A stretch of 44,861 bases of DNA from Candidatus Eiseniibacteriota bacterium (GTDB lineage Bacteria; Eisenbacteria; RBG-16-71-46; CAZEPH01). Where the stretch lies: positions 1 through 44,861 of the forward strand of contig JBGATO010000029.1 in the NCBI GenBank assembly GCA_044229145.1, read 5' to 3'. Positions 1-10,874 of the stretch are shown piece by piece. The position numbers and the translations under genes are program-made. The notes beneath the pieces were generated by a model. The model did not search any database and was not told the origin of the DNA. It saw nothing but the letters and a program-made list of their open reading frames with translations. The first letter of the stretch is position 1. Every line of letters begins with the position of its first letter.

Positions 1-2
1 CC

Positions 3-1544
3 TGGCTGGCGCGTTGCCGTCATGTCCCGATGTCGAGCCGCGAGACGCTCGCGCGGTCGGCGACGCTGGTGTTGTGGATCAACCCGCGATTGGCCAGCGA
101 CCTCGGCTTCCAATTGTCGGTGCTGGCGACTGCCGGCCTAAGCATGGCGAACGTGCTCTGGATCACCACGCCGCACGTGGAGGATAAGACCCATCGCTGG
201 CGCGGTGTGCTGGATCGTTGCCTGGTGCAGCCATGGCGAACCACGGTGGCGGTGTCGATCATCGTGATGCCGTGTCTGATCCAGTCGGTCGGGCGCGTGC
301 CGGTTGTGGGCGGGCTAGCGAATCCGCTCGTGGTACCGGCGTCCGAGCTGAGCCTGATCGGCATCCTGTGCGGAACGGCATGCGATGTCGTGGCCCCGTG
401 GCTCGCACCGGCAGCCTGGGCGGCGACAGGAGCCTGCCTGGCCGCAATGCGACAGATCGTGCTGTGGGCAGCCGCATTGCCGTTCGCCTCGGTGCGCGTC
501 GTGCCGTGCGGGCCATGGTGGACCCTGGCGTACGCGGTGGCCGTGTGTGTGGCGTGCTCGACATCGCGCAAGCAGCGCGGGCGCGTGGCGCTGTGCATCC
601 TGGTTGCCGCCGCAGTGCTGCGGCCTCTCTGGTGGCCGGCGGTTCGGCCGCCGGCCGTCGGCACGGTGCGCCTTAGCGTGCTCGATGTCGGGCAGGGCGA
701 TGCGCTCGTGCTGGAGGGCGGTGGCGGCACAACCTGGCTCGTGGACAGTGGCAACGCACGCGGGCGGTGGGATGCGGGAGATCGCGTCATTGCGCCAGCC
801 CTGCTCGCGCGCGGCGCGTGGCGGCGGGTAGTCGCGGTCGTCACCCACCCGCACGCGGATCACGTCGGGGGCCTTGCGACTTTGGTGCGCGAGGGGCGGG
901 TCGGCAGCGTCGTCGCGCCGGCGGTGCACAGTGTCGATGCCGCGTGGGTCAGAGCGCGCGACCTCGCGCGGCGGCGCACAGTGGTCTGGCGTCCGGTCGC
1001 AGCTCCGTGCGAATGGACGGACGGGCGCGCGTTCCACGCGACGCTGCTCTCGCCGACCGCCGCGCGCCTGCTGCGGGATACCGACGAGTCGAGCACTGGC
1101 TGCAACGAGCGCTCGTTGGTTCTGCGGATCGCGCGGCCAACCGGCTGTTTCTTGCTGCCGGGCGATGCGGGCGCTCGGTCCGAATCGCTGTGGTGTGCCG
1201 AAGGTGTGCCGGTCGCGTGCGATGTACTGAAGGTCGGACATCATGGCAGTCGATGGGCGACCACGGATGCGTTTCTCGAACGCGCGCGTCCGCTGGTTGC
1301 GATCATCTCGGTAGGGGCGGGCAACCGTTACGGTCACCCGTCGGCTGAGGTGCTCGGTCGCCTGGCGCGGCACGGAGTGGCGGTGTTTCGCACCGACCTC
1401 GACGGCGAAGTCGAATGCGAGGCACGTCCCGATGGTCTGTGGCTCCGAACGGCACGGCAGCCGCGCTGGCGCCGGGTGCCGCCGCGGGGACCGCACGGCG
1501 CGGGAAGCGCCGGCTCGATTGACACCGGTGCCGCCGGACCCTAG
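3..1544 (+). CDS. comEC: DNA internalization competence protein ComEC/Rec2, 5' truncated by the window edge
   Basis: Frame is open from position 3. Competence-domain motif LGFQLS and hydrophobic helices, then an MBL domain with LDVGQGDA, THPHADHVGG, LKVGHHGS, NRYGHPS and RTDLDG. Confidence 0.93.
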   Translation, partial: WLARCRHVPMSSRETLARSATLVLWINPRLASDLGFQLSVLATAGLSMANVLWITTPHVEDKTHRWRGVLDRCLVQPWRTTVAVSIIVMPCLIQSVGRVPVVGGLANPLVVPASELSLIGILCGTACDVVAPWLAPAAWAATGACLAAMRQIVLWAAALPFASVRVVPCGPWWTLAYAVAVCVACSTSRKQRGRVALCILVAAAVLRPLWWPAVRPPAVGTVRLSVLDVGQGDALVLEGGGGTTWLVDSGNARGRWDAGDRVIAPALLARGAWRRVVAVVTHPHADHVGGLATLVREGRVGSVVAPAVHSVDAAWVRARDLARRRTVVWRPVAAPCEWTDGRAFHATLLSPTAARLLRDTDESSTGCNERSLVLRIARPTGCFLLPGDAGARSESLWCAEGVPVACDVLKVGHHGSRWATTDAFLERARPLVAIISVGAGNRYGHPSAEVLGRLARHGVAVFRTDLDGEVECEARPDGLWLRTARQPRWRRVPPRGPHGAGSAGSIDTGAAGP

Positions 1545-1553
1545 CATGCCGGG

Positions 1554-3095
1554 ATGCGAGAGCGCGGTCCGATCGGACCCCGAGGCGCGATTCCCTCACG
1601 GCTCTCGGCCCCCGCGCTTCTGTTGGCAACCGTGGTGGCCGCCCTGCTGCAGGTTGTGTTGCGCGCCTACGTCACGGACGACACTTTCATCCACTGCGTC
1701 TTCGCCCGTCAGCTGGCGACGCAGGGGATCTTCGGCTTCAATCCCGGCGAAGCCGTCTATGGCGACACCAGTCCGCTCTGGGTGCTCGTGCTGGCCGGCG
1801 GACACCGATTGGGTCTCGATCCCGTCGCAGTGGCGAAAGTCTTGTCCGCATCCGCCGCGATCCTTCTACCGGTCGTGATCGCGGGGTGGTGCCGCCGCAT
1901 GGCCTTGCCCGGCGCGGCGATCGCTTGCGCCACCGTCCTGGTGGCCACCGAAGTCTCCGTGGCGCGGTGGGGCGCGTCGGGAATGGAAACCGTGTGCGGC
2001 ACGCTCGGCGTCATCGGGGCGCTGGCCCTGCTGCACGGCGGCCGGCCGCGCCCGGCGCGCGAAGCGGCGATCGGGCTGCTGCTCGCGGGCGCCGCCTTGG
2101 TACGTCCCGAGGTGACGGTGCTGGTGGGCCTCGCGCTGCTGGCGGCCGCCTGGGGTGTGCTCACCGGCAGTATGCGTCTGGGCGCCGCCGTCACGCGCGC
2201 GCTCTGCGCGCTCGGCCCGTTGATCGCTTGGTGGACGTATGCGTGGCACACCTTCGGCAGTCTCACGCCGACGACGTCGACAGCGAAATCGTCGGGTTTG
2301 ATCGGCGTCCCGGCGCAGATCTGGGGCGACTTGCTGCGCGAAGGACGCGTCGTCGTAGCCACGGAGGCTGTGGCGCTCGTGGCGTGCGCGATCTGCGTCG
2401 TCCATCCGCGCGGGCTGCGCCGCTGGCTCGATACGTACTTGAATTCCTCGCTGACCCTCGCACTGTTGTGGGCCGGCGCCGTGCTGCTCGGCTATGCGGT
2501 GCTCGGCTACGAGATCGTCTCGCGCTATCTCGTGCCCGTGCTGCCGGTGCTGGCGGTCGCGGGAGTCACGGCAGCGTGCGCGGTGTGGGCGAAGTCCCCG
2601 CGCCGGGGCGCCGTGCTGGTGCTGATGACGATGCTCGCGGTCGCGCAGAACGCCTTCGTGCTGACGCGCTATGTGTTGCCGCAAGTGCGCAGCTTCTCGC
2701 GGGGGATGGAGACGGCGCTGATCCCGGCGGCGTTGTGGTTCCGCGATCACACGCCGGCGGGCAGCGTGGTGGCGCTTCACGACATCGGCGCGGTCGGCTA
2801 CTACGGCGAACGTCCGGTGCTCGATCTCGGCGGATTGGTGACGCCGGAGATCACGCCGCTGCGCCGGCGCATGAGCGACGACGCTCTGCTGCGCTCGGGT
2901 GCCTTCACGGCGATCGCGGTGCCCGACTACATGCTGGTGCGCGGGGCAGGCAGCGACAGCTTGGCGGGGCGCAGTTTCGGCGGCCGGCGGGCGCGTTCGC
3001 TCTTCGCGGTCGACATGCCGAATCTGGGCGTCACACGACCTGAGCCGGTGCGCTACACCGCGTATGCGCTCGACGCGGAGAACGCACGGCCGTGA
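1554..3095 (+). CDS. Polytopic membrane protein, probable GT-C fold glycosyltransferase-like
   Basis: First TM followed by DDTFIH...FNPGEAVYGDTSPLW, then SGMET and LVRPE, many TM segments, and C-terminal DIGAVGYY/LDLGGL. The pattern is typical of lipid-linked-sugar GT-C family proteins. Confidence 0.65.
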   Translation: MRERGPIGPRGAIPSRLSAPALLLATVVAALLQVVLRAYVTDDTFIHCVFARQLATQGIFGFNPGEAVYGDTSPLWVLVLAGGHRLGLDPVAVAKVLSASAAILLPVVIAGWCRRMALPGAAIACATVLVATEVSVARWGASGMETVCGTLGVIGALALLHGGRPRPAREAAIGLLLAGAALVRPEVTVLVGLALLAAAWGVLTGSMRLGAAVTRALCALGPLIAWWTYAWHTFGSLTPTTSTAKSSGLIGVPAQIWGDLLREGRVVVATEAVALVACAICVVHPRGLRRWLDTYLNSSLTLALLWAGAVLLGYAVLGYEIVSRYLVPVLPVLAVAGVTAACAVWAKSPRRGAVLVLMTMLAVAQNAFVLTRYVLPQVRSFSRGMETALIPAALWFRDHTPAGSVVALHDIGAVGYYGERPVLDLGGLVTPEITPLRRRMSDDALLRSGAFTAIAVPDYMLVRGAGSDSLAGRSFGGRRARSLFAVDMPNLGVTRPEPVRYTAYALDAENARP

Positions 3096-3721
3096 CCGCA
3101 CGCGTCGGCATTCTGCTGTCGGGGCGTGGGTCGAACGCGCGTGCCGTGCTCGACGCGGAGGCGGCCGGCACGCTGGGCGCTCGCGTCGTGCTCGTGCTCT
3201 CCGATGTCGAACGCGCGGAAGGGCTGGCGATGGCGGCATCGCGCGGGGTGGCGGCGCGCTACCTCGCGGCGGGGCCGGGGCGCACGCGGCTGGCAGGCGA
3301 GGCGGCGCAACACTACGTCGACGCATTGCGCGCGGCGGCGGTGGACATCGTCGTGCTTGCCGGCTTCCTGCGCATCGTGTCCGCGGACTTCCTCGCGGCG
3401 TTTCCGGATCGCGTCATCAATATCCATCCCTCGTTATTGCCCGCGTTTCCGGGACTGCACGCGCAGCGGCAAGCGTGGGAGTACGGCGTGCGCGTCACCG
3501 GGTGCACGGCGCATGTGGTCGACGCGGGCGTCGATACCGGGCCGATCCTGTGCCAGGAAGCGGTCCCGGTGCACGAGGGAGATACAGTGGAGTCGCTCAG
3601 CATGCGAATCCTCGAGGCGGAGCATCGCGTGTTGCCGGCGGCGGTGTGCGCGATGGCGCAGGGCCGCGTGCGGCGCGAAGGCCGGCGCGTGCGCATCGCC
3701 GGCATCGAGCAGGAGGCGTGA
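3092..3721 (+). CDS. purN: Phosphoribosylglycinamide formyltransferase
   Basis: LSGRGSN, VLAGFLRI, INIHPSLLPAFPG, VDTGPI. GTG start overlaps the upstream stop. Confidence 0.96.
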   Translation: MTARVGILLSGRGSNARAVLDAEAAGTLGARVVLVLSDVERAEGLAMAASRGVAARYLAAGPGRTRLAGEAAQHYVDALRAAAVDIVVLAGFLRIVSADFLAAFPDRVINIHPSLLPAFPGLHAQRQAWEYGVRVTGCTAHVVDAGVDTGPILCQEAVPVHEGDTVESLSMRILEAEHRVLPAAVCAMAQGRVRREGRRVRIAGIEQEA

Positions 3722-4668
3722 TGGATCTGACATTGCCGGACGTCGCGGTGCGTGAGACGCAGCTCGGGGACCGCGCGCCCGACTACCGCGGCAAAGTGCG
3801 GGACGTGTACGACCTCGGCGACGATCTCCTGATCGTCGCTACCGACCGGCTCTCGGCCTACGACAGCATCTTGCCGACTGGAATCGCCGGGCGTGGCGTG
3901 TTGTTGACGCAACTCAGCGCGTTCTGGTGCGAGGCGTTCGCGCCGCTGGTGCCGCATCACATTCGCAGTCTCGCGCTGGCCGATTTCCCGCCGGAGGCGC
4001 AGGCGGATCCGGCGATGTTCGGTGGCAGGACCATGCGCGTGCGCAAGTTGCGCCGCATCGACGCCGAGTGCGTGGTGCGCGGCTACCTCGCAGGATCAGG
4101 ATGGCGGGAGTACCGCGAATCCGGATCCATCTGCGGTCACATGCTGCCGCGCGGGCTGCGCGAATCGGAGCGCTTGCCGGAGCCGCTGTTCACCCCAGCG
4201 ACGAAGGCCGACGCGGGCCATGACGAGAACATCGACTTCGCGCGTTTCCGGACAATTGCCGGCGCGCGTCACGCCGAGGCACTGCGCGACCTCAGCCTCG
4301 CGCTCTACGCCGCCGCCGCGCGCCACGCGGCGGCCCACGGCATCCTGATCGCCGACACGAAATTCGAGTTCGCGCTCGAAGGCCCGCCTGGCGCCGAACG
4401 CATCGTGCTCATCGACGAGGTCCTGACGCCGGATTCGTCGCGCTTCTGGCCCGCCGACCGCTGGGAGCCTGGCCGCCCGTCGCCCAGCTTCGACAAGCAG
4501 ATCGTGCGCGACTGGCTCGACGCGAGCGGATGGGATCACACGCCGCCCGCTCCCGCGCTGCCCGACGGTGTGGTGACGGCGACCCGCGCCGCCTACCTCC
4601 ATGCCTACCGGACACTCACGGCAGGCCCGGTGCATCTCGATGGCATGGTGCAGGAGGCGGGGCGATGA
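3721..4668 (+). CDS. purC: SAICAR synthetase
   Basis: GKVRDVY, ATDRLSAYD, ECVVRGYLAGSG, ADTKFEF, DEVLTPDSSRFW, SFDKQIVRDWL. ATG at 3721 overlaps the purN TGA, with GGAGG upstream. Confidence 0.96.
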   Translation: MDLTLPDVAVRETQLGDRAPDYRGKVRDVYDLGDDLLIVATDRLSAYDSILPTGIAGRGVLLTQLSAFWCEAFAPLVPHHIRSLALADFPPEAQADPAMFGGRTMRVRKLRRIDAECVVRGYLAGSGWREYRESGSICGHMLPRGLRESERLPEPLFTPATKADAGHDENIDFARFRTIAGARHAEALRDLSLALYAAAARHAAAHGILIADTKFEFALEGPPGAERIVLIDEVLTPDSSRFWPADRWEPGRPSPSFDKQIVRDWLDASGWDHTPPAPALPDGVVTATRAAYLHAYRTLTAGPVHLDGMVQEAGR

Positions 4669-6275
4669 GCGGGGAGGCGATGACAGCAGATCCCTTGACG
4701 CCGGCCACGGCACCGATCGCCATTCGTCGCGCGCTGCTCTCCGCCTGGGACAAGACGGGGGTCGTCGATTTTGCGCGCGCACTGGCCGCGTGCGGCGTCG
4801 AGATCCTGTCGACCGGCGGCACGGCTGCCCTGCTGCGCCGCGAGGGCGTGACATTGCGCGATGTCTCCGAGGTCACCGGATTTCCGGAGATCCTCGATGG
4901 CCGCGTCAAGACACTGCATCCAGCGATCCATGCCGGCATCCTCGCGCGCCGCGCGCACGGCGGCGATCGCGCGGTCCTCGCCACGCATGCGATCGGCGAG
5001 ATCGACTTGGTGTGCGTGGCGCTCTACCCGTTCGCCGAAACGCTGGCGCGCGGCGCGGACGACGACGAACTCGTCGAGATGATCGATGTCGGCGGCCCCG
5101 CCATGCTGCGCGCCGCGGCGAAGAATCATGCCGACGTCGTCGTGGTGAGCGATCGCGCACAGTATGCCGGCATCCTGGCCGACCTGGCAGCGCACGGTGG
5201 TGTGCGACGCGAGACCGCGCGGCGTCTCGCCGTCGAGGCCTTCGCGCGAACCGCGGCCTACGACGCGACGGTGGCGCGAGGCCTCGCCGAGCGATTGCTG
5301 CCCGCCGGAGAGGCGTGGCCGCCACCGGTGGTCGCGGCGCTGGGTGTCGAGCCGCGCACGCTGCGTTATGGCGAGAACCCACACCAACGCGGCGCGCTCT
5401 ACCTCGATCCGGTGCGTGGCGGCGACGGCTGGGGCGCGGCCCGCGTGCTCTCCGGGAAGGAACTCTCGTACACCAACATCCTCGATGTGGAACTCGCGAC
5501 GCGCGCGGTGGCCAGCTTCACGCGGCCGGCCGCCGTCATCGTCAAGCATGCGACACCGTGTGGCGTCGCCGAGGATGAAAGCCCATCGCGTGCCTACGCT
5601 CGCGCGCTCGCCGGCGATCCGGTGTCGGCCTATGGGTGCGTCGCCGCGGTGAACCGTCCCGTCGATGAAGAGCTTGCCGCGGCGATCAACGACACGCCGT
5701 TTCTCGAGGTGCTCGCCGCGCCGGCGTTCACGCCGGAGGGATTCGCGCGGTTGAAGAACACCAAGACGCGCCGGTTCGTCGAACTCCCGGCGGCGATGTT
5801 CGACGCCACGGCGTGGAGCGAGCCGTGGGTGCGCCCGGTCCGCGGCGGAGTCCTGGTGCAGGATCCCGAGCTGCATACGCTGGACGCGGCGAGCCTGCGC
5901 GTGGTGACTGCCCGCGCGCCCAGCGAGGGGGAACAGGCGGCACTCGTATTCGCGTGGCAGGTCGTGCGGCACGCGCGGTCCAACGCGATCGTCTTGGCGC
6001 GCGACGGCGCGACGGTGGGCATCGGCGCCGGCACCACCAGCCGCGTCGAGGCGGTGCACGCCGCGCTGCGGACCGCGGGAGACCGCGCCGCCGGCGCGGT
6101 GATCGCCTCCGATGCGTTCTTTCCGATGGCGGACGGTCTCGAGGCCGCCGCGCGCGCCGGTGTCACCGCGGCGATTCAGCCCGGCGGCTCGATTCGCGAT
6201 GAGGAAGTGATCGCGGCGGCGAACGCCGCCGGCATGGCAATGGTCTTGACGGGAGTGCGCTGTTTTGTCCACTGA
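4665..6275 (+). CDS. purH: Bifunctional AICAR formyltransferase/IMP cyclohydrolase
   Basis: [54 protein letters not shown]. Start at 4665 (ATGA overlap) or 4680. Confidence 0.96.
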   Translation: MSGEAMTADPLTPATAPIAIRRALLSAWDKTGVVDFARALAACGVEILSTGGTAALLRREGVTLRDVSEVTGFPEILDGRVKTLHPAIHAGILARRAHGGDRAVLATHAIGEIDLVCVALYPFAETLARGADDDELVEMIDVGGPAMLRAAAKNHADVVVVSDRAQYAGILADLAAHGGVRRETARRLAVEAFARTAAYDATVARGLAERLLPAGEAWPPPVVAALGVEPRTLRYGENPHQRGALYLDPVRGGDGWGAARVLSGKELSYTNILDVELATRAVASFTRPAAVIVKHATPCGVAEDESPSRAYARALAGDPVSAYGCVAAVNRPVDEELAAAINDTPFLEVLAAPAFTPEGFARLKNTKTRRFVELPAAMFDATAWSEPWVRPVRGGVLVQDPELHTLDAASLRVVTARAPSEGEQAALVFAWQVVRHARSNAIVLARDGATVGIGAGTTSRVEAVHAALRTAGDRAAGAVIASDAFFPMADGLEAAARAGVTAAIQPGGSIRDEEVIAAANAAGMAMVLTGVRCFVH

Positions 6276-6327
6276 GCCAACGGCGATCGACGAGGCGGCG
6301 CGCGCGACGCGGGACGTCCCTGGGAGC

Positions 6328-7875
6328 ATGGTGCACGGCGAGCGCGTGGTCGTGCTCGACTTCGGCTCGCAATACACGCAACTGATCGCACGCCGCGTGC
6401 GCGAACAGCAGGTGTACTGCGAGATCCTGCCGTACGACACGCCCGCGGCGACGATCGCGGCCCGCGCGCCGCGCGGCATCGTGCTGAGCGGCGGCCCGGC
6501 AAGCGTGCACGCCGACGACGGCCCGCTTCCGGATCCTGCAGTGTTCGCCCTCGGGGTGCCGGTGCTCGGCATCTGTTATGGCTTGCAGGCGATGGCGCAC
6601 ATGCTGGGCGGTCGTGTCGAGCACGGCGATCGCGGCGAATACGGCATGAGCCAGCTCGAGATCGTCGGCGACGCGCCGCTCTTCGCCGGCGTGCCGCCTG
6701 CCTCGACTGCATGGATGTCGCACTGGGATACCGTCACCGCGCTGCCGCCGGGATGGCGCGCTCTGGCGCGTACGGGCAGCACGGAATTCGCCGCCGCGGC
6801 GTCGGCCGACGGCCGCATCGCCGGATTGCAGTTCCATCCTGAGGTGCTGCACACCGCGCATGGCGGCCAAATCCTGCACAACTTCCTGTTCGCGGTGTGC
6901 GGGGCGCGCGGCGAGTGGTCGATCCCACACTACGTCGACGAGGCGATTGCGCAGATTCGGGCACAAGCGGGCGAGGGTAGCGGCAAGGTCATCTGCGCGC
7001 TCTCCGGCGGTGTCGACTCCACCGTCGCGGCCTCGCTCGTGCACCGCGCGATCGGCGAGCGCCTGGTATCGATCTTCGTCGATCACGGTCTCAATCGCCT
7101 CGCCGAACCGGAAGCCGTGGTGCGCTTCCTCACCGAGCAGGCCGGCCTCGCGGTGCGTGTGGTCGATGCGCGCGCGCGCTTCCTGCACGCGCTGGCCGGC
7201 GTGACCGACCCCGAGCAGAAGCGCAAGATCATCGGGCGCGAGTTCATCGCGGTCTTCGAGGAGGAAGCGGACGCCATCGGCGGCATCACCTCGCTGGTGC
7301 AGGGCACACTGTATCCCGACGTCATCGAGAGCGTGTCGGTGCGTGGTCCGTCGGCCACCATCAAGTCGCATCACAATGTCGGCGGCTTGCCGGACGCGAT
7401 GCGGTTGTCGCTCATCGAACCGCTGCGCGAACTGTTCAAGGACGAGGTGCGCGAACTCGGCCGCCATCTCGGCCTGCCGGCGTCGATCCTTGGCCGGCAT
7501 CCGTTTCCCGGACCCGGACTCGCGGTTCGCGTGTTGGGAGAGATCACGGACGAGGCGCTCGACACACTCCGCCAGGCCGACGCCGTGTACATCGATGAGA
7601 TTCGTCAGGCCGGGCTCTACGACAGCATCTGGCAGGCGTTCGCGGTGTTGCTCCCAGTGCGCACCGTCGGCGTCATGGGCGATGTGCGGACGTACGACCG
7701 CGTGCTCGCGTTGCGCGCGGTGACGTCGACCGACGGCATGACGGCGGATTGGTTCGACATGCCGCACGCGGTGCTGCGGCGCATCGCCAACCGCATCGTC
7801 AACGAGGTGCCGGGCGTGAACCGGGTTGTGTACGATATCAGCTCCAAGCCCCCGTCCACGATCGAATGGGAATAG
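6328..7875 (+). CDS. guaA: Glutamine-hydrolyzing GMP synthase
   Basis: [50 protein letters not shown]. The start may instead be the TTG at 6265. Confidence 0.97.
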   Translation: MVHGERVVVLDFGSQYTQLIARRVREQQVYCEILPYDTPAATIAARAPRGIVLSGGPASVHADDGPLPDPAVFALGVPVLGICYGLQAMAHMLGGRVEHGDRGEYGMSQLEIVGDAPLFAGVPPASTAWMSHWDTVTALPPGWRALARTGSTEFAAAASADGRIAGLQFHPEVLHTAHGGQILHNFLFAVCGARGEWSIPHYVDEAIAQIRAQAGEGSGKVICALSGGVDSTVAASLVHRAIGERLVSIFVDHGLNRLAEPEAVVRFLTEQAGLAVRVVDARARFLHALAGVTDPEQKRKIIGREFIAVFEEEADAIGGITSLVQGTLYPDVIESVSVRGPSATIKSHHNVGGLPDAMRLSLIEPLRELFKDEVRELGRHLGLPASILGRHPFPGPGLAVRVLGEITDEALDTLRQADAVYIDEIRQAGLYDSIWQAFAVLLPVRTVGVMGDVRTYDRVLALRAVTSTDGMTADWFDMPHAVLRRIANRIVNEVPGVNRVVYDISSKPPSTIEWE

Positions 7876-7937
7876 ACATCCAGCGCCGGCTTCGCGTCCC
7901 CCCGCGGGAGGCGGTGCGCAGGGGAGGCAAGGCCGGC

Positions 7938-10874
7938 ATGCAACACAGGGCACGACGCATCGCACGCGCGGCAATCGCGTGCGCGGTGGCGGGGTGGGCG
8001 CAGGCGGCCATGGCGTTGATGCCGCTCAGTCCCACCGCCGAGAAGCACGCACCGCGGGTCGGCGTCAACGCGCGTGCGGCGTTGACCGTACCGGGAATGG
8101 GTGCGGCGGCCGCGCGCACGCTGCTCCATCTGGACACCGCAACGAGCGCGACCACGACCCTCAAGGTGCTGGTCATCCTCGCCGAATTCTCGGACGTCGC
8201 GGCCACGACGTCTGCCACGACGTACGATTCGTTGCTGTTCTCCGCCTCGCGCCCTGCCGGAAGCATGCGCCAGTACTATCGGGAGAACTCCTACGGCGCG
8301 CTCGACGTCACCGGCAAGGTCGAAGGGCCGTGGATCCATCTGTCGCATCCGCGCGACTACTACGCGAACGGGTCCGGCGGCCTGTTCGGCACCTATCCGC
8401 GCAACGCGCAATACCTCGTGGAGGAGGCGGTGCTCGGCGCCGCCAACTACGTCGACTTCGCGCAATACGACGGCAACGGCGACGGCTACGTCGACTACCT
8501 GATCGTCGTCCACAGCGGCCGCGGCAAGGAGCAGACGAACGGCGCGCTCGATATCCATTCGCACACCTGGACGACGTTCCACGACGTCACCGTCGATGGC
8601 GTGCGCGTGTCGACGTACTCGACGGTGCCGGAGGACGGGCAGATCGGCGTCTGCACGCACGAGTTCGGGCATCAACTGGGACTGCCAGACCTGTACACCG
8701 CGAGTGGCGCCGGCATCGGCTTGTTCTCCTTGATGGCGACAGGCGCCTGGGGCGGCCGCGTGGTCGAGGGCGATCATCCGACGCAGCTCGATGCATGGTG
8801 CAAAGCGCGCCTCGGCTTCCTGCGGCCCACGGTGGTGTCGCGCAATGCCACCGCGCAAGCACTCCCACCGGTGGAAATGTCGCCGACGGCGTGGAAGTTG
8901 TGGACCCTCGGCGCGCCGGCCCACGAGTATTTCCTGGCCGAGAACCGCCAGTACGTCGGACAGGATGACGTCCACCCGACGACGCAACTGCGCGGCCTTC
9001 CGAACGCGGGCTTCGTGCTGTACCACATCGACGACGCCGTTCCCGGCAATTTGCAGCCGGCTGGACAAGACACCTTTCCGCACTTGCAGGTGGCGCTCGT
9101 CGAGGCGGACGGCGACACGCTCGGCAAGGGCACGATCAACTCGGTGGCGGGCGACTGGGGCACGGCGTCGGATGTGTTCGGCGTGGCACCGCGCAATATC
9201 ACGACGTGGGAGCGTGGCACGGTGCCGTCGTCGCGCGACTACGGACGGCGCGATACCCAGGTCGCGTTGAGGGGCATGCATCTTTCCGGCACCACGGCGA
9301 TCGCGGATGTCGAAGTCGCCAACGCTCCGGCGTTGCGCGGGGACGGGCTCGCGGTGAGCGGTGTCAGCGACGGGCTCCTCTACGCCGGTCGCCAGGTGGC
9401 GGTGGCGCCGCGGGTGCGCAATCGCGGGCTCGCGGCCACCTCGGTGAGCGCCGCGCTCTCGGTTGCCGATCCGTTCGCCTCGATCGCGGGCAGTGCGGTG
9501 ACGGTCGGTGCAGTGCCGGCCGACACGACGATCGCCGCGGTGGCCGGGAACGTGCAACTCGCGCTCGGGAGCGCGTTGCCGGCGGATCCGTATGTCGTTC
9601 CGGTGATCTTCGACCTCACGGGAACCGGAGGCGCCCCGCCCGCGGCGTTCAGTTCGCGGGACACCGTGTGGGTGGCGAGCGGGAGCTGCTTCTCCTTCGC
9701 CGACGATGCGGAGAGCAGCCTGCCGCGCTTCCGCGACACCGGCACCGCGACCGGCGTCCATGCGCGCTGGCGCCGCAGCGCCGATCGCAACATGACGCCC
9801 GGCGGCAGCTACGCCTGGCGGTGCGGGAGCGACATCCCCAGCGGGGCCTACGACGCGCGTTTGGACATGACGCTCGAGAGCCAGCCGTTCCAACTCGATG
9901 GCACCGGCGCGCTGTCGTTCTGGAGCTACATGGATGCGGAAAGCGGGCCGCCGGGCGTCACCTACGATGGGGGCCTGGTGGAAATCGCGGTGGGCGATGG
10001 GCCGTGGAATCCGCTGGAACTCGATGGCGGGTACCCGTACAGTCTGCGCGCGCCTCAAGGCGGCATCGCGGCGGAACTCCTCGGACGCGGCGCGCTCGGC
10101 GGACACGACAGCGCGGCGCATCGATTCACCGCATCGCTCGCGGGCCTCACCGGCGTGGCGCGACTGCGCTTCCGCTTCGTGAGCGACGCCTCCGTCGGCT
10201 ACGACGGCTGGACGATCGATGACGTGCTGGTCGACACCGACACGCAGCCGTACGCGGTGCTGCCGCACGATCCGTCCACCGACGCGGGCGGAACGGCACT
10301 GGCGTGGCGCGTCGTCGAAGGCCGCAGCGCGTACGCCGGCTCCGGGTTCGCGCTCTACGCGTCACCGTCCGAAGTCTCCGCCGTCGCCGGCACACTGCAA
10401 CGCACGCTGGCGACGCTGACGCGGGTCGGGACGATCGCGACCTCGGCGGATCTGCGCAGCGCGCTGCTGCCGGCGCTCGAAGGAGGCGGCTACGTCCTGG
10501 CGGATTCGGCGGCAGGCCGGCCGGCGCGCCTCTACACCTTCAGCTCGAGTCAGGCGGCGGTTCGTTTCAGCGTCTCGCCCATCCTGTTGCAGATCGGGCG
10601 CGGCGTGGCGACCATCCGCTTCCAAGTCGGGTCGTCGAGCGGCGGCAGCGTCCCGGTGCGGGTCGACGTGGTGGATGTGCAAGGGCGGAGGATCGCCACG
10701 CTCGCCGACGGTCCGCGGTATCCGGGCCCGCAGGTGTTGTCGTGGGACGGCCGCAAGGGCGTCGCGACCGACACGCGCGGGCCAGCCGGCGACAAAGTGG
10801 CCAGCGGCGTCTACTTCATCGCAATCCAGGCAGGAGGAAAGCGGTACATGGCGAAGTTGCCGGTGGTGCGATGA
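7938..10874 (+). CDS. Secreted M6 family (immune inhibitor A-like) zinc metalloprotease with C-terminal FlgD-Ig-like domain
   Basis: Signal-like N-terminus; YYRENSYG; DGNGDGYVD Ca-binding loop; HEFGHQLGLPDLY zincin motif; FSLMATGAW; EYFLAENRQ; GWTIDDV; C-terminal VDVQGRRIATL...WDGR...VASGVYF. GGGGAGG lies upstream of ATG 7938. Confidence 0.88.
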   Translation: MQHRARRIARAAIACAVAGWAQAAMALMPLSPTAEKHAPRVGVNARAALTVPGMGAAAARTLLHLDTATSATTTLKVLVILAEFSDVAATTSATTYDSLLFSASRPAGSMRQYYRENSYGALDVTGKVEGPWIHLSHPRDYYANGSGGLFGTYPRNAQYLVEEAVLGAANYVDFAQYDGNGDGYVDYLIVVHSGRGKEQTNGALDIHSHTWTTFHDVTVDGVRVSTYSTVPEDGQIGVCTHEFGHQLGLPDLYTASGAGIGLFSLMATGAWGGRVVEGDHPTQLDAWCKARLGFLRPTVVSRNATAQALPPVEMSPTAWKLWTLGAPAHEYFLAENRQYVGQDDVHPTTQLRGLPNAGFVLYHIDDAVPGNLQPAGQDTFPHLQVALVEADGDTLGKGTINSVAGDWGTASDVFGVAPRNITTWERGTVPSSRDYGRRDTQVALRGMHLSGTTAIADVEVANAPALRGDGLAVSGVSDGLLYAGRQVAVAPRVRNRGLAATSVSAALSVADPFASIAGSAVTVGAVPADTTIAAVAGNVQLALGSALPADPYVVPVIFDLTGTGGAPPAAFSSRDTVWVASGSCFSFADDAESSLPRFRDTGTATGVHARWRRSADRNMTPGGSYAWRCGSDIPSGAYDARLDMTLESQPFQLDGTGALSFWSYMDAESGPPGVTYDGGLVEIAVGDGPWNPLELDGGYPYSLRAPQGGIAAELLGRGALGGHDSAAHRFTASLAGLTGVARLRFRFVSDASVGYDGWTIDDVLVDTDTQPYAVLPHDPSTDAGGTALAWRVVEGRSAYAGSGFALYASPSEVSAVAGTLQRTLATLTRVGTIATSADLRSALLPALEGGGYVLADSAAGRPARLYTFSSSQAAVRFSVSPILLQIGRGVATIRFQVGSSSGGSVPVRVDVVDVQGRRIATLADGPRYPGPQVLSWDGRKGVATDTRGPAGDKVASGVYFIAIQAGGKRYMAKLPVVR

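Noticed and set aside
690..697. KOPS-like GGGCAGGG pointing toward dif
   Set aside because: A single instance noticed by eye in high-GC DNA is not informative without a genome-wide count.
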